A stretch of 64,000 bases of DNA from Emiliania huxleyi CCMP1516 (lineage: Eukaryota), in assembly GCF_000372725.1 (NCBI RefSeq), contig NW_005201287.1:589081-653080 (forward strand). The letters run 5' to 3'. The notes beneath the pieces were generated by a model that did no database searches, had not been told where the DNA came from, and saw only the letters and a list, made by a program, of their open reading frames with translations. The position numbers were made by a program, and so were the translations under genes. Below, one piece after another: positions 32,679 to 43,598 of this stretch. Each line of letters opens with the position of its first letter. The first letter of the stretch is position 1.

Positions 32679-35600
32679 ATGACCGCCGCGTCGCCCGGGC
32701 CACGGCGGTGGCGCCTCACTCCCAGCAGCACGCGATCGTCGACTGGCACGGTTCAACGGTCCTCGCCTCTCTTGGGACTCTCGCGCGCCATCGTGCAGGA
32801 ATGCACCTCTGGCCCTCTTGAGGAGCCGCGGCGTTCCTCGGTGGTCGAGGTCTTGGGCGCGGAGGGCGGCGGCGCGGAGGGCGGCGGCGCGGAGGGCGGC
32901 GGCGCGGAGGGCGGCGGCAGAGAGGGCGGTGGAGAGCAGGAGTTCATGCCAGTGCAGGCTGCGCCAGTGCCGCCTCGCCGGACCGAGGTGGAAAGCGGCA
33001 GAACCATGCCTGAGCCGCACCTGGAGGCACGGAAGCAGCAGCCAAAAGACCCTTTTGAGCGGCCAAAGGTGAAGGACGAGCATGTGCCTTGGCATAAGGA
33101 GGCGCCAGAATATGCGCCGCGCAGCACCAACTTTCCCCTCGTGAGGATGGACGAGCAAGGAATGGATTGGACTGCGACTCTACGCGAAGCAGGCGGGCTC
33201 GGCGTGATTCTCTCCGGCGAGAAGACGCACCGCCTCAACCCAGGAGGGCGGACCGGCCTCGTCGGTGGCTGGTCCGAACACGCGCATGCGGGCGCCAACC
33301 GGGCAGTCGACCCAATAATCACGCGTTTCCGGCCGGATGCAAAGGAGCCGACGCTGCAGCTTCTCGCCGGCCTGCGGCGCGACTGCAATGCTTGGGCTCT
33401 GCCCGGTGCGATGATACGGACATCTGAGACCGTCGAGACTGCGATGCGACGCGGCTTGGCCGAAAAGGGAGTAGACAGCAAGATTGTCAGTCTATTGCGC
33501 TTTGACCTGCCGGAGGCATCCGACAGCGGATACATCTACATCGACGACTCGCGCAACACCGACGACGCTTGGATCGAGAGCACGGTGTACAAGTTCCACC
33601 TAGAGGACCAGGACACCACTGTCAGCTGCCCGGGGGTGAAGTGGGTCGATATCTCCGGAGCTGGCGGTGTCAACATCTTCAAGCCGCACCGCCTCTGGGT
33701 AAAGGAGGTGGCCGACGAGCTACTCAACGCGCCTATGCTTGAGCGCAAAATGCGAGGCGTCCGTCTCAAGCTCCTCTTCCGGCCCTTGGAGCTCAACCTC
33801 ACCAAGGGGGTACGGCTCGTCCGATGCGCTCCGGAGAGCAGCCCTTCCTTCAACCGCTTGCTCGCTTGCAGCGAGAAGCAGAGTGAGGCGCTCACCATCA
33901 ACGAGAGCGGGGCCATTTCGAGCGTGACGCACGTGGAGCTGCGGCTGGATATCCATAAAGGGCGGCTGCGCCCCGAGGTGGAGGCGCAGATGAACCCAGC
34001 GATCCTGCGCAAGGAGGCGCAGATGAAGTGGGTGCGGTGTCGCTGCGCTCCTTTCGCGCCGATCGCTGTTGGATGGGAGTCGCGCAACCGCTTCTCAATA
34101 CCTCAAGATGCGACGCACCAAGCGTTCGTCTACGGGCCACTAGACGCCGCGGACGCCGCCTTCGCAGGAGAGGTGATGTACCCTGACCCCAAGACTGCGC
34201 ATTTTGAGCAGCTGCTGGTGAGTGGCGGCTTCGTGTACGCCAAATGCGAGGGCCAGCAGGTCGACGTGCTGCGTGTGACGCACGTCGATAACGTCGACGA
34301 GAACGACCTGTACTCGAAGAACCACGTCGTCGAGTTCAAGGGCCCACACCGGATGGAGGAGGGCCCGCTTCGGCACGCACAGAAGCAGGAGCACTGGACA
34401 CCGGTGTCGCTCTCGTTCCTCCTCGCGGCGGGTGCGCACTCCTTCATGTGGCTGAACCCGGGCGAGCACGCGGGCACGCACCCCATCAAGTTTGGCGCTT
34501 TCGCGTACTCCTCACACAAAGCGTCGGCTGGGGGGCCGCGGGCGGCACGCGCCGCCCCCCCGGTCGCCGCAGACGGCAGCGCCAACGCCGTCTACTTTTT
34601 TCTAAGGTCGGAAGACAACTCGTGCGGGGCAGCTGCTGATATGGACCTCAAGACCGCCGGCGTCATGGCGCCCGTCGAGGTGGCCCGAGAGCATTCATCT
34701 AAGAAGAACAACGCCGTGGACGCCAGCGATGCCGCACATAAGGCCGCCGCCCACAACTGGTTTTTGTTTCACGATGCCGTCGCGATGGGCAATGCCTCGC
34801 TCGTTGAGTCGCTCATCAAGGATGACAGGTTGCTTCCTGAGGAGATGGTTGAGTCCCAGCTCACGAGACGCGAGCTCAAGGCTGCGCTTTCTCGCACGGG
34901 GACGAGCTCTGCCCTCCCTCGCTCCTTCTCTCCGGCGGAGCAGTCAAGCAGAGCCTCCTCCCGAAGTGTGGATATCAGCCGCGTGGACGTGCCTGATGGC
35001 AGCAGCTCGCTTACACCACTTATGGTGGCAGCGGAGTACGGCCACGGCGACGTGGTGCGCACGCTGATACGTCGTGGCGCATCTCCCACGGCGCAGGCAA
35101 AGGACGGCGCAACGGCGATGGACCATGCGTTGCGCGTCCCCGCATCCGGCATCCCCGTCGAGCAGTTGCTTTGCAAGCTCGACGCCGCCATCGCCCTGCT
35201 GCCGGCGCTTTTCCGCCACTCTGCTGGCGAGGCACTGTGCTACGTCACCAAGATTGCGGAACGCGCGCACATCGAGCGCGAGCGGCGCGAACGCAGCAGC
35301 CCCGCGGAAGCCGAGAAGCTTCAAGCGACGGCGGACCGCGCGGAGCGCTTGGGTGTCGAGCTTATCAAAAAGCTCTCGGTGCTGCAGCGCACGCTTCTCC
35401 TCGAGCGCGAGAAGCGCAAGGAGAGTCTTTTCCTCGAGGGCGGGACGTCCAAGGAGATCAAGCGGCCCCCTGGCTTCGTGGCTCGGCCCCGCGGCTTCGT
35501 GGCTCGCGCCGTCAACGTGCCGCGCCAGAAGAAGTTGCTGGGTGACCCGACGGTGCAGGCTGCCATCAACTACCGTTGGATGGGCCCACTGATCAACTCC

Positions 35601-37109
35601 GTCGTCAACGGCTACGTCGTCACGCCAAACGGGGACGAGGAGAGGGTGCGCCGGCCGTTCGCGCGAGTTGTCCTCCTTCTGCTCGCTGCCGCCGTCAACT
35701 TACTCTTCCTGCCGCTCGTGGCATTTATCCCTCGGCTGCGGCGGCTGCTGATGTGGACCCTCGATTTTGGTTTTGAGCTCGTCTCGTCGGACCGCACACC
35801 CTACAGCGAGGGCTTCCAACGCAAGTGGAGCCCGTCGGCGCAGCTCTACACCCGCTCCCTCTACCTGCTCGACGCTCCCTTCTTTCAGTTCTTCATCTCG
35901 TCTGTGAGCTGGCTGCTCCTCTCTCTCGTGCTGACGCGCACGGCGACGCCGAGTTTGCGTGGGGCTGTGGCCGACGCATGGGCTCTGCTCTCGTCCGAGG
36001 GGGCTGATGGCATCGCCCCTGCGTTGGCTACTGTGGTGGAGGAGGTGGGGAGCTTGGCGCTGAACGCATTGCTGCTCTCAGGCTTGCTGCTCTGGCTGCT
36101 GGCACACTTCATCGACGAAATCGAGACCTTTTCTTGGAGCGACCCGATCAAGAAGGGCGAGCTCCTCGGGATCAGCCTCGCCCTGTCCTCCAAGCTGGCG
36201 CCCATGTTCAACAGGCACATGCTCGCCTTTGGCCTACTCCTCATGTGGCTCTCGTGGTTCATGCGCGTCTTCTCGCTGGGCGGACTGGGCACTTTGACCG
36301 TGATGCTCGAAAAGATGCTCTTCGACACGGTCAAGTTCCTAGTCTTTATGGTTGGTTGCGCCGTCGCCTTTGCCGCCGCACTGCACCAGCTCTTTCTCGA
36401 GGCACACGTCCTCGACGTTGAGGATTGCGACAAGTTCAGTGAATTTGGTGAGGGGTTGCTGGTGTCGCTGAGGCGGCTGCTGCTGGTTGCCATAGATCCG
36501 GCAGAGAGTATCGACTGCGCAGGCACGATTGCAGAGGCGCTGCAGGACTTTCACTTTACGGCGCCATTCATCATGAGCGTGTACGTCATCCTGTCGGTGG
36601 TGCTGCTGCTCAATATGCTTATCGCGATCATGGCGAAGACGTTCGATACCGTGTGGGACGACGCCGAGACGGAGAATCGCTACCTCAGAGCGCAACTCGC
36701 GGTGCAGTATTTTGGCGATGCGCCGCCACCGCCCTTCAACCTCCTGCGGCTCCCGGCCCGCGTGCCGGAGCTGCTGGAGAGGTGCTGGGCCAAGGTAAGC
36801 CACGCGTGTGGGCTGGCCGCCACCTGCTGTTACGGCGCTGGGAAGTGGCTCGTGTGGCTCGCCTGCCTACCTTGCCTCGCGGTGTGGGCCGTCCGACGGG
36901 CGTGGGCCCTCCCCCGGCAAGACAAGTCTTCGCAAGAGGGCCTGTTTTTGAGCGAGGGGCTGTCGACCGACGGCGACATGGACGACCTCGATCCGTCGAA
37001 CGTGCGCTATGTCGACGGGCTAGGCCAGCTGTGGTCGGAGCGGAACACCGTCGAGGAGCTGATGAAGCTCGAGGCGGAGGGTAGATCGAAAGAGGAGCGA
37101 AAGGAGTGA
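32679..37109 (+). CDS. Intronless TRP-family cation channel with N-terminal NUDT9-like domain, unknown domain and ankyrin repeats (start taken as first plausible ATG; frame open from 32373)
   Basis: NUDT9-like: ERPKV....VPW, LNPGGRTGL, GANRAVDPIITR, RRDC..WALPG, GYIYIDDSRNTDDAWIES; ANK: TPLMVAAEYGHGDVVRTLIRRGA; channel: APFFQF, LGTLTVMLEKMLFD..KF, LLLNMLIAIMAKTF...PPPFNLL. Confidence 0.92.
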   Translation: MTAASPGPRRWRLTPSSTRSSTGTVQRSSPLLGLSRAIVQECTSGPLEEPRRSSVVEVLGAEGGGAEGGGAEGGGAEGGGREGGGEQEFMPVQAAPVPPRRTEVESGRTMPEPHLEARKQQPKDPFERPKVKDEHVPWHKEAPEYAPRSTNFPLVRMDEQGMDWTATLREAGGLGVILSGEKTHRLNPGGRTGLVGGWSEHAHAGANRAVDPIITRFRPDAKEPTLQLLAGLRRDCNAWALPGAMIRTSETVETAMRRGLAEKGVDSKIVSLLRFDLPEASDSGYIYIDDSRNTDDAWIESTVYKFHLEDQDTTVSCPGVKWVDISGAGGVNIFKPHRLWVKEVADELLNAPMLERKMRGVRLKLLFRPLELNLTKGVRLVRCAPESSPSFNRLLACSEKQSEALTINESGAISSVTHVELRLDIHKGRLRPEVEAQMNPAILRKEAQMKWVRCRCAPFAPIAVGWESRNRFSIPQDATHQAFVYGPLDAADAAFAGEVMYPDPKTAHFEQLLVSGGFVYAKCEGQQVDVLRVTHVDNVDENDLYSKNHVVEFKGPHRMEEGPLRHAQKQEHWTPVSLSFLLAAGAHSFMWLNPGEHAGTHPIKFGAFAYSSHKASAGGPRAARAAPPVAADGSANAVYFFLRSEDNSCGAAADMDLKTAGVMAPVEVAREHSSKKNNAVDASDAAHKAAAHNWFLFHDAVAMGNASLVESLIKDDRLLPEEMVESQLTRRELKAALSRTGTSSALPRSFSPAEQSSRASSRSVDISRVDVPDGSSSLTPLMVAAEYGHGDVVRTLIRRGASPTAQAKDGATAMDHALRVPASGIPVEQLLCKLDAAIALLPALFRHSAGEALCYVTKIAERAHIERERRERSSPAEAEKLQATADRAERLGVELIKKLSVLQRTLLLEREKRKESLFLEGGTSKEIKRPPGFVARPRGFVARAVNVPRQKKLLGDPTVQAAINYRWMGPLINSVVNGYVVTPNGDEERVRRPFARVVLLLLAAAVNLLFLPLVAFIPRLRRLLMWTLDFGFELVSSDRTPYSEGFQRKWSPSAQLYTRSLYLLDAPFFQFFISSVSWLLLSLVLTRTATPSLRGAVADAWALLSSEGADGIAPALATVVEEVGSLALNALLLSGLLLWLLAHFIDEIETFSWSDPIKKGELLGISLALSSKLAPMFNRHMLAFGLLLMWLSWFMRVFSLGGLGTLTVMLEKMLFDTVKFLVFMVGCAVAFAAALHQLFLEAHVLDVEDCDKFSEFGEGLLVSLRRLLLVAIDPAESIDCAGTIAEALQDFHFTAPFIMSVYVILSVVLLLNMLIAIMAKTFDTVWDDAETENRYLRAQLAVQYFGDAPPPPFNLLRLPARVPELLERCWAKVSHACGLAATCCYGAGKWLVWLACLPCLAVWAVRRAWALPRQDKSSQEGLFLSEGLSTDGDMDDLDPSNVRYVDGLGQLWSERNTVEELMKLEAEGRSKEERKE

Positions 37110-37730
37110 AGCTCGAGGCGGCGATCAAAGAGGAGCAAATTCTGAGGAGGAGCGGCGGCGGGGGTGGCGGGGAGGCAACAGGCAACGGCACTCCAATGGA
37201 CCGTTGCGCCGTCTGTCCTGTAGTGCGGGCGGCGGCGTGGCCTACATTCCATGCATGATTTCAGTCTCTGCCATGGAAGAAGAAACCGCGCGTTGGCAAC
37301 AGGGTTCCGGCCTAGCCGGATAGGGGTCTGTTGCCCCTGCACTTAGCCACTGACACTCGCGCCAAAACGATCCTAACCTACCTATCCCAAGTCCGCGCAG
37401 CGCAGCGAAAAATGTGAAAAATGGAGAAAACAGGGGTACCTATATATATAGCTAATCCCGCGCCCTTTTGGGCCAAACACAAGATCTGCACCGGGTACCC
37501 ATCTCACACAGGTCCGCGCTACATTCTGGTAGCACTGACAGGCACGTACAGGGGTCCACATTTACACGGGGGACCCCTGGACTGTGTCACTGCTCCCACA
37601 CGTTCAGCGGGAGCCTGAACCCTTTTGCGCCAAACAACGCGACGCGTACCTTATCTCTCTGCCGGAGCCTGAACCCAGCTCGCGCGCCGAGAGCGTCGGC
37701 CACACGCAGAAGCTCACGGCTCGCTGACGC

Positions 37731-39759
37731 ATGGGCGGCCGGGTCGTTTGCTGCGTGCTCATCTTTTGCGCTCCCGCGCTTCCTCTCTCGCTGCACCGAC
37801 AGCCGTCGGGGGTAAAACAGCTGCACGCCCGTGCTGCCTCGCCACTCCGGAGGGCTGCGCTGGTCGTCGCGTCTTCGTCGCTCTCCCTGAGGCGGTTCGA
37901 GAGCGACGAGGGCGGCGGCGGCGGGTCCGGTGTCGACGCGTGGATTCCCACCTCGCTCGTCACCACTGCCGCGAGAGACCCGTACAAGGTCGCTCTGCGC
38001 GTGCTGCCGATGCTCCTAGTGCACGTGGCGTGGGCGAGCCTCATCGTCGCCGTCCGGCACTGCGTCCGCTTCAGTAAGCCGTGGGCGGTCTCGCCGCTGC
38101 TGCACACGCTGCTTGGCGGCGTCCTCGGGCTGCTGCTAGCCTTCCGGACCAACCAGGCGTGGAATCGGTACTGGAGCGCGGCACAGGCGTGGTCAGACGT
38201 GCACCGCGGCTGCCACAGCCTGGCGAGGCTCGCGTCTCAGCTGTCGGTGGCGCTCGACCCGATCGTGTACGCCTCGATGATGAGGCGATTCCGAGGGGCG
38301 GGGCCGACAGAGAGGAGGGAGACGGACGAAGAGGGTAGCATCCGTCGGAGAGAGCAGATAGGAGAGCAGACAAGAGCCTCGACCACCTCTCCGCACCTCG
38401 GCAGGCAAGAGCCTTGCCCTCCCCGCCTCAGGCACCTCGTCGCGCTGCCCGTCGCCCTCAAGCAGCGCGTGCGGCGCGCGCCCAACCCTCGTGAGTACTT
38501 CGAGGCGCCGAGATAGGGGAGATACGGGGAGATACGGGGAGATACGGGGAGATGTGGAGCACGGGCCCTCGCAAGTACTTCGAGGCGCGACCCTCTCCCT
38601 TTACAGCCGAGATCGCGCGAGGTCGCAGCCGAGAGCGCGATCTCTCGTAGGCTTGGCCGGTGCTCTCGCCGGCCGAGGCTGACGCCGTCGCACGCTCGCC
38701 CGTGCCGCACCTGCTCCTGCTCACCTCCATCTCGCTGCTGCTCCGCCCGCTGCGCGCGCGCGACGACGGCTCCGGCAAGGACATCGCGCTCTGGGGGCAG
38801 TGCGAGATGAGGCTCGCCGAGCCGCAGGCGGAGCAATGGAAAGAGCCCATCATTCATCAGCCATCACGTTGTTCTTTAGGCTCGCAGAGCTGCAGTCGGC
38901 GGCTGCGACCCTCGACCTCGTCGCGCGGCTGCCTCCGCCCGCTTCGTACTGCACCCACACGGCGAGATACAGCCGAGATACAGCCGAGATACGAGAGAGC
39001 CGAGGTATTCACTGCCTCCCGCCCGCTCCTCCCTCCCCCTCCTCCCTCCTCCTCCTCTGGCTCTCTGGCTCTGGCTCGCCGCCCGCGTTAGCAGCGTCGC
39101 TCCACGCGCCCCGCGGTGAGCAGGCGCGCTTCCTCCTCCTCTGGCTCGCCACGCTGCCCCTCGTCCTCGTCGACCTCTTCTCCCCCCTCGTCATCCCGCC
39201 AATCATCTTCGGAGTCGGGTGGGCACTCTACTCGACCGAGGCGCACCTCGGAGGTCTCTCGGCTACTCGGCTACATCTCGGCTATATCTCGGCTGCACCT
39301 CGGCTACATCTCGGCTACATCTCGGCTGCATCTCGGCTGCATCTCGGCTACATCTCGGCTACATCTCGGCTGCATCTCGGCTATATCTCGGCTACATCTC
39401 GGCTACATCTCGGCTACATCTCGGCTATATCTCGGCAGAGATGTCTCTCGGCTGTGTATCGGGCGGGCCATCTACTCGACCGAAGCGCGGCGGGCGGCGT
39501 GTGCGGGGCGGCGGAGACAGACAGACGCGCAGACGCAGCTGCGCGGAGCCGCCGCAGAGAGATGGCGAGAGGGAGGCGCACACAGAGACTGCAGGGGCGA
39601 GCGTCGTCTCGCTCACGCCCGCCGCCCCCTCCCCCGCCGCAGGAGCTCGCCAAGCTGCTCGACGAGCCGTTCGGCCGCGCATCAGACACGCAGACGGTGC
39701 GCCGCCGCCGGCTCCAGCTGCGGCTCTGGCGACGGCGGCTCGTCTCTACTGTCCGGGGG

Positions 39760-39796
<37 letters not shown>

Positions 39797-40134
39797 GCGG
39801 CGGCGACGACGCGGCGGCGGAGGGGGAGGGTGTCGGGCGGAGCGGTGGGCGGTGGGACGCGATGTGGGAGCTGGTGGAGGGAGGCGGCAGCATGCCCGAG
39901 GCAGTGCCGGTGGGCGCTTACTGCGACCGGATCGTGACAGAGCTGCAGCAGCAGATTGGGATCACGCGGATGCTGCAGCGGCGCGTCGACGGCGACAAGT
40001 GGGCGGTCACCGCCGACGATCTCGAGTACGACGTGTCGTGGAGAGTGCCGGGCGGCGGCGAGGACGCGGACGCGGACGCGTTGGACGCGGACGCGCTGGA
40101 GGACGACGATGACGAGGTCGAGGAGGAGGATTAG
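37731..40134 (+). CDS. Bestrophin-like (YneE/VCCN-type) anion channel with N-terminal targeting peptide, multi-exon
   Basis: LGLLLAFRTNQAWNRYW.A...W, PPASYCTHT|ARFLLLWLATLP, E|ELAKLLDEPFG. Confidence 0.88.
39257..39436. repeat. Intronic 10-bp tandem repeat (CTCGGCTACA/CTCGGCTGCA)n
   Basis: Direct observation. Confidence 0.95.
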
Positions 40135-40479
40135 AGTAATGAGAGAGCCAGGCGAGAGCCGGGTTTAGAGGTGCCCCAGTTTGTTGCGGGCCGCACCGCC
40201 AGAAAGCGAAAGGTGAGATCCTTCCAGTAGTTCTCATGTGTGTAAACACAGAGGTCTTCACAACCCACACGACTCACGAGGCGCAACCTGAACCACGCGT
40301 CCTCCCTTCTCTCCGACCCGTTAGCGTTAAACGCGGTACCCGGTAGAGTATACCTTATCGCGTCTGTTTTGTCAAGTCCGTTTCTCTGTTCAGTGTACAC
40401 GTAAAACCTCTGGCCTCCGAACAATGGGCATTGCTCGCGGCCCTTGTCGAGGCAGCAGGCCGATGTATCGCTCATCGTG

Positions 40480-40870
40480 CACAAATCCCTCCGCACAGAG
40501 GAGAGAGGTTTCCCATTCCGTGTGGTCAACGGGCGTTTCGACCACACACCACCGGCCAAGGCTACGTCAAGTCACAGCGTGGCCACTACCATGACGGGAT
40601 CTTCACCAAACGAAACAAGTTCAATCTGCTTCTCCACGAGACATTCGGCGGCGGCTTCTCGCCGCCTGCAGTTGCAAAGATCAACCGCCTTGCGCGCAAG
40701 GCTCAACGCTCAGGGCGTTGACCGCACCGCGTACCCTCCCCACTCCCGCCTCTCGTTTGTGTCACACCACGCGGAACGCATCTCCATCGCTTCGGTGAAG
40801 GGGGTGAACCGCGCCATCCTCGATTGCCGTGCAAAGCTCGCTTCCGACCTCTCTCACGCCGCGCGTAGGG
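40480..40870 (+). mobile_element. Degenerate 3' fragment of an RLE-type non-LTR retrotransposon ORF
   Basis: GHYHD...LLLHETFGGGFSPPAV...LARK then, in another frame, DRTAY...SFVSHHAERISIASVKG..AI; resembles the C-terminal restriction-like endonuclease region. Confidence 0.5.
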
Positions 40871-41165
40871 CCCTTAGGGGCCTAGAGAACACAACCCCCT
40901 CTCCCTTTTCTCCCAGCAGTCGCAGCCAACAACATCGTGTGTGGCGGCCGGTGCCGTAAAGAAAGAAATAGAAACCCAACAACCGCCAAGGGCCAGGGGG
41001 GGGGGGAGGTAGGTGCCGGTCTCCCATTTTGTTCGCCGTTCGTACCTGTGCGCGCCAGTCCCGTGCCTACGGTTTAAAATTCTTTCCTTTCGTTGGCCAC
41101 GGCCGCGTTATTGGCGCCCTAAACCGCTTCGAATCTTGGTGACGCTAATCGGCGAAGAAGCGATT

Positions 41166-42083
41166 ATGTCACCAAGGTGGCTCTCCGAGGCGGCGCCTGC
41201 GGTGCCGGATTTTTGCTCACGGGAGGGTGTGCTCGCGCTTTTTCGGCTGGTGGCGGCCAATCATACCGATGGCGCTAATTTGGGGGTGATTAGATTCAGC
41301 AATGCCAAGGCGAAGAACTTGCGCCTGAGCCTGAGTTGTCCGCGTGAGAAGGCGCAAAAAGCCCATCGGAGATCGAGGCCGACAAAGCCATACAGTTTAA
41401 GCGAGCCATTGGAAATCGAATACCCTGACAACGGACGGGTGCAGCGGCTCACTCCTCGGAGCTACTTGAAGTTTGAGCAGCTCAGGAGCACCCCGAAGAG
41501 CAGAGGCCGAGATGCCCACGGCAACAACATTGGTCCCTCCCCTTTCAAAGGCATCCAGGTGTGGAGGAGTCATATCAACCTTTCACCTGCTGCGAATCAT
41601 ACACTGATCGAGGTTTACCGGGTTCCCCACCCCAAGGAGGGGCTGATCGGATGCTGGTTTTACCCACTCCTCGCGCCCTTCTCAACTGGCACGGGCGTTT
41701 TCCTCGACACGGGGCGGACGTGGGTCTTCCGCACCAGAAGGGAGGCGAACGAAGCCATGTCCGCACTGGGCCCACAGCAAGGTGATCAGACCTGGGCGAT
41801 TACTGCTCGCCAGCACGGCATCGACACTATGCAAATCCTCGAAGGCCCCTTCCGCATGCCTGAGCTACTGCACACGGCCGACGCGTGCACAAGCCAAACC
41901 AGTGTGATTGGGGTCTGTCCGCCGGTAAAACTCACGGCCGCGGGAGGGCATGAGTGCCGCTGTGATGATGCGGCGAACGTCTTGCGATGCGCTCACAGAG
42001 TCAGACACCAGTCAGAGTCACCACTCAGAGACCAGCACTCTCGTCAGTCCCCGAGCGTCACCGCAGCTAGACCTAACTCCTAA
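41166..42083 (+). CDS. Intronless hypothetical protein with C-terminal Cys cluster
   Basis: 305-codon ORF with ordinary globular composition; GCWFY...GTGVFLDTGRT, ARQHGIDTMQ, ELL, CPP...CRC...C. Confidence 0.6.
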   Translation: MSPRWLSEAAPAVPDFCSREGVLALFRLVAANHTDGANLGVIRFSNAKAKNLRLSLSCPREKAQKAHRRSRPTKPYSLSEPLEIEYPDNGRVQRLTPRSYLKFEQLRSTPKSRGRDAHGNNIGPSPFKGIQVWRSHINLSPAANHTLIEVYRVPHPKEGLIGCWFYPLLAPFSTGTGVFLDTGRTWVFRTRREANEAMSALGPQQGDQTWAITARQHGIDTMQILEGPFRMPELLHTADACTSQTSVIGVCPPVKLTAAGGHECRCDDAANVLRCAHRVRHQSESPLRDQHSRQSPSVTAARPNS

Positions 42084-42295
42084 GCGCAGCTCGACGAAGT
42101 CGAAGCAGGGCGCCATGATGGGGATGCGGGGGCCCCAAACTTCGATTTTTGTAACCTCAAAAGAATAGACCCCCCACAAGCTCAACATACAGTCCACACG
42201 CGTCCCACCATCCAGTGCTGCACACCCCAGCGCCCCCGCCGCGAGGATCCAGCGTCCACAGAGAGCGAGACCTTCTAAACCTTCGCACACGCGGC

Positions 42296-43598
42296 TCACT
42301 TGAAGTACTTTTTGAGCCAGCCCTGCAGCTCGGCGCTGGTGAAGCGGATGTGGTCGCCGTCGAAGGACTCGAAGAAGTTCTTGCCCGCCTTGCCCGCCGT
42401 CTGCAGCCCGAAGGTGTCCTCGGTGTACCAGCGCGTCTCGTTGTACGGCACGGGCGAGAGCTGCTTCGGGTAGCCGGAGGGCACGTCGCCCCACTGCTCG
42501 CCCTGCCGTGGCCAGACCATCGAGTCGCGCGAGCCTTCCACCCAGACGAAGCGCTCCACCTTTGCCCACCGCGCCTTGCGCGCGCTCATGTCGACGCCGG
42601 GCCGCTCGCCTGCCAACAGCTCCCGAGAAGGTTCCGAGAAGGGTCCGACCAGGTCCCGAGAAGGCATGTCCAGGAGGTGTCTAGGAGGTGTCCGGGAGTG
42701 CTCGCCGTTCCAGAGGGCGAGGCGCGAGTGCGACAGGTACTCGCTCGAGTTGCGGCGCGTCGGGTCGCGAAAGTAGTTTGCCTGGAAGAGGATGTCTTGC
42801 ACAATCGGGTTGTACGCGAGCTTGCCGAGCACCTACGCTCGCGACCGCGACGCGTCGAGGACGTGTCCCGCGGCCAGGCCGCCGCCAGTCCTGCGGGCAA
42901 GGCCTCGGTCAGCGCCTCGCAGATGCTGCCGAGCACGGGCGTCGAGGGGGCGCAGTGCGGGAAGGCGGCGACGCCCGCGTTGATCCCGCAGATCGACAGA
43001 AAGTTGCGGACGGGCGGGTCGTTGTACGCCGCGATGTAGCCGCGGATGATCTGCACGAGGGGACTTGCGGGTGGGACCAAACTTCCGGAAGTTGCGGTGG
43101 CGGGCGCGGAGGCGGGGGCGGCAGCACGTTGTTGCCCTGCGAGAGGCCGAAGGCGTCAAAGCCGCCCGAGAGGCGCTTGTCGGACTGGACGCGCTTGGCA
43201 AAGGCTTCGACGGACTTGTCCATGTTCATCAGAAAGCCGTTGATCGTGTCGCTTGCCTGATTGTCGCCCGTTGGGACACATACAGCCTCGACGCCGAGCG
43301 TCTTGCCTGCAAGCGCCACCACCGACTGCATGCCCGGGTTGAAGCAAGAGTCGCCCATGCCGTGAGTCACCACGATGGGCAGGTCCCCAGCCGCCGCCGG
43401 GTCTGTCGGTGCGACGTCGGGCAGCGCAAAGGTCGGCGCGATCGCGGCCAAAGGCGATTCCGAAAGCTCCGCCGCGAGCGCCTCGGGTTCGGAGACCGCG
43501 CGCTCGACGAGTGCGAGCAGTGTCGGCGCCACGGCCGCGAGCTCGTGGCTGCTCGGCGGCGAGTAGGTGGTGGGGAAGAGAGAAAGGGCGAGCATCAT
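42296..43598 (-). CDS. PPT1: Palmitoyl-protein thioesterase 1, multi-exon
   Basis: HGMGDSCFNPGM, GLSQG, QANYFRDP, DSMVWP, YTEDTFGL, GDHIRF: Ser-Asp-His triad present. Confidence 0.93.
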
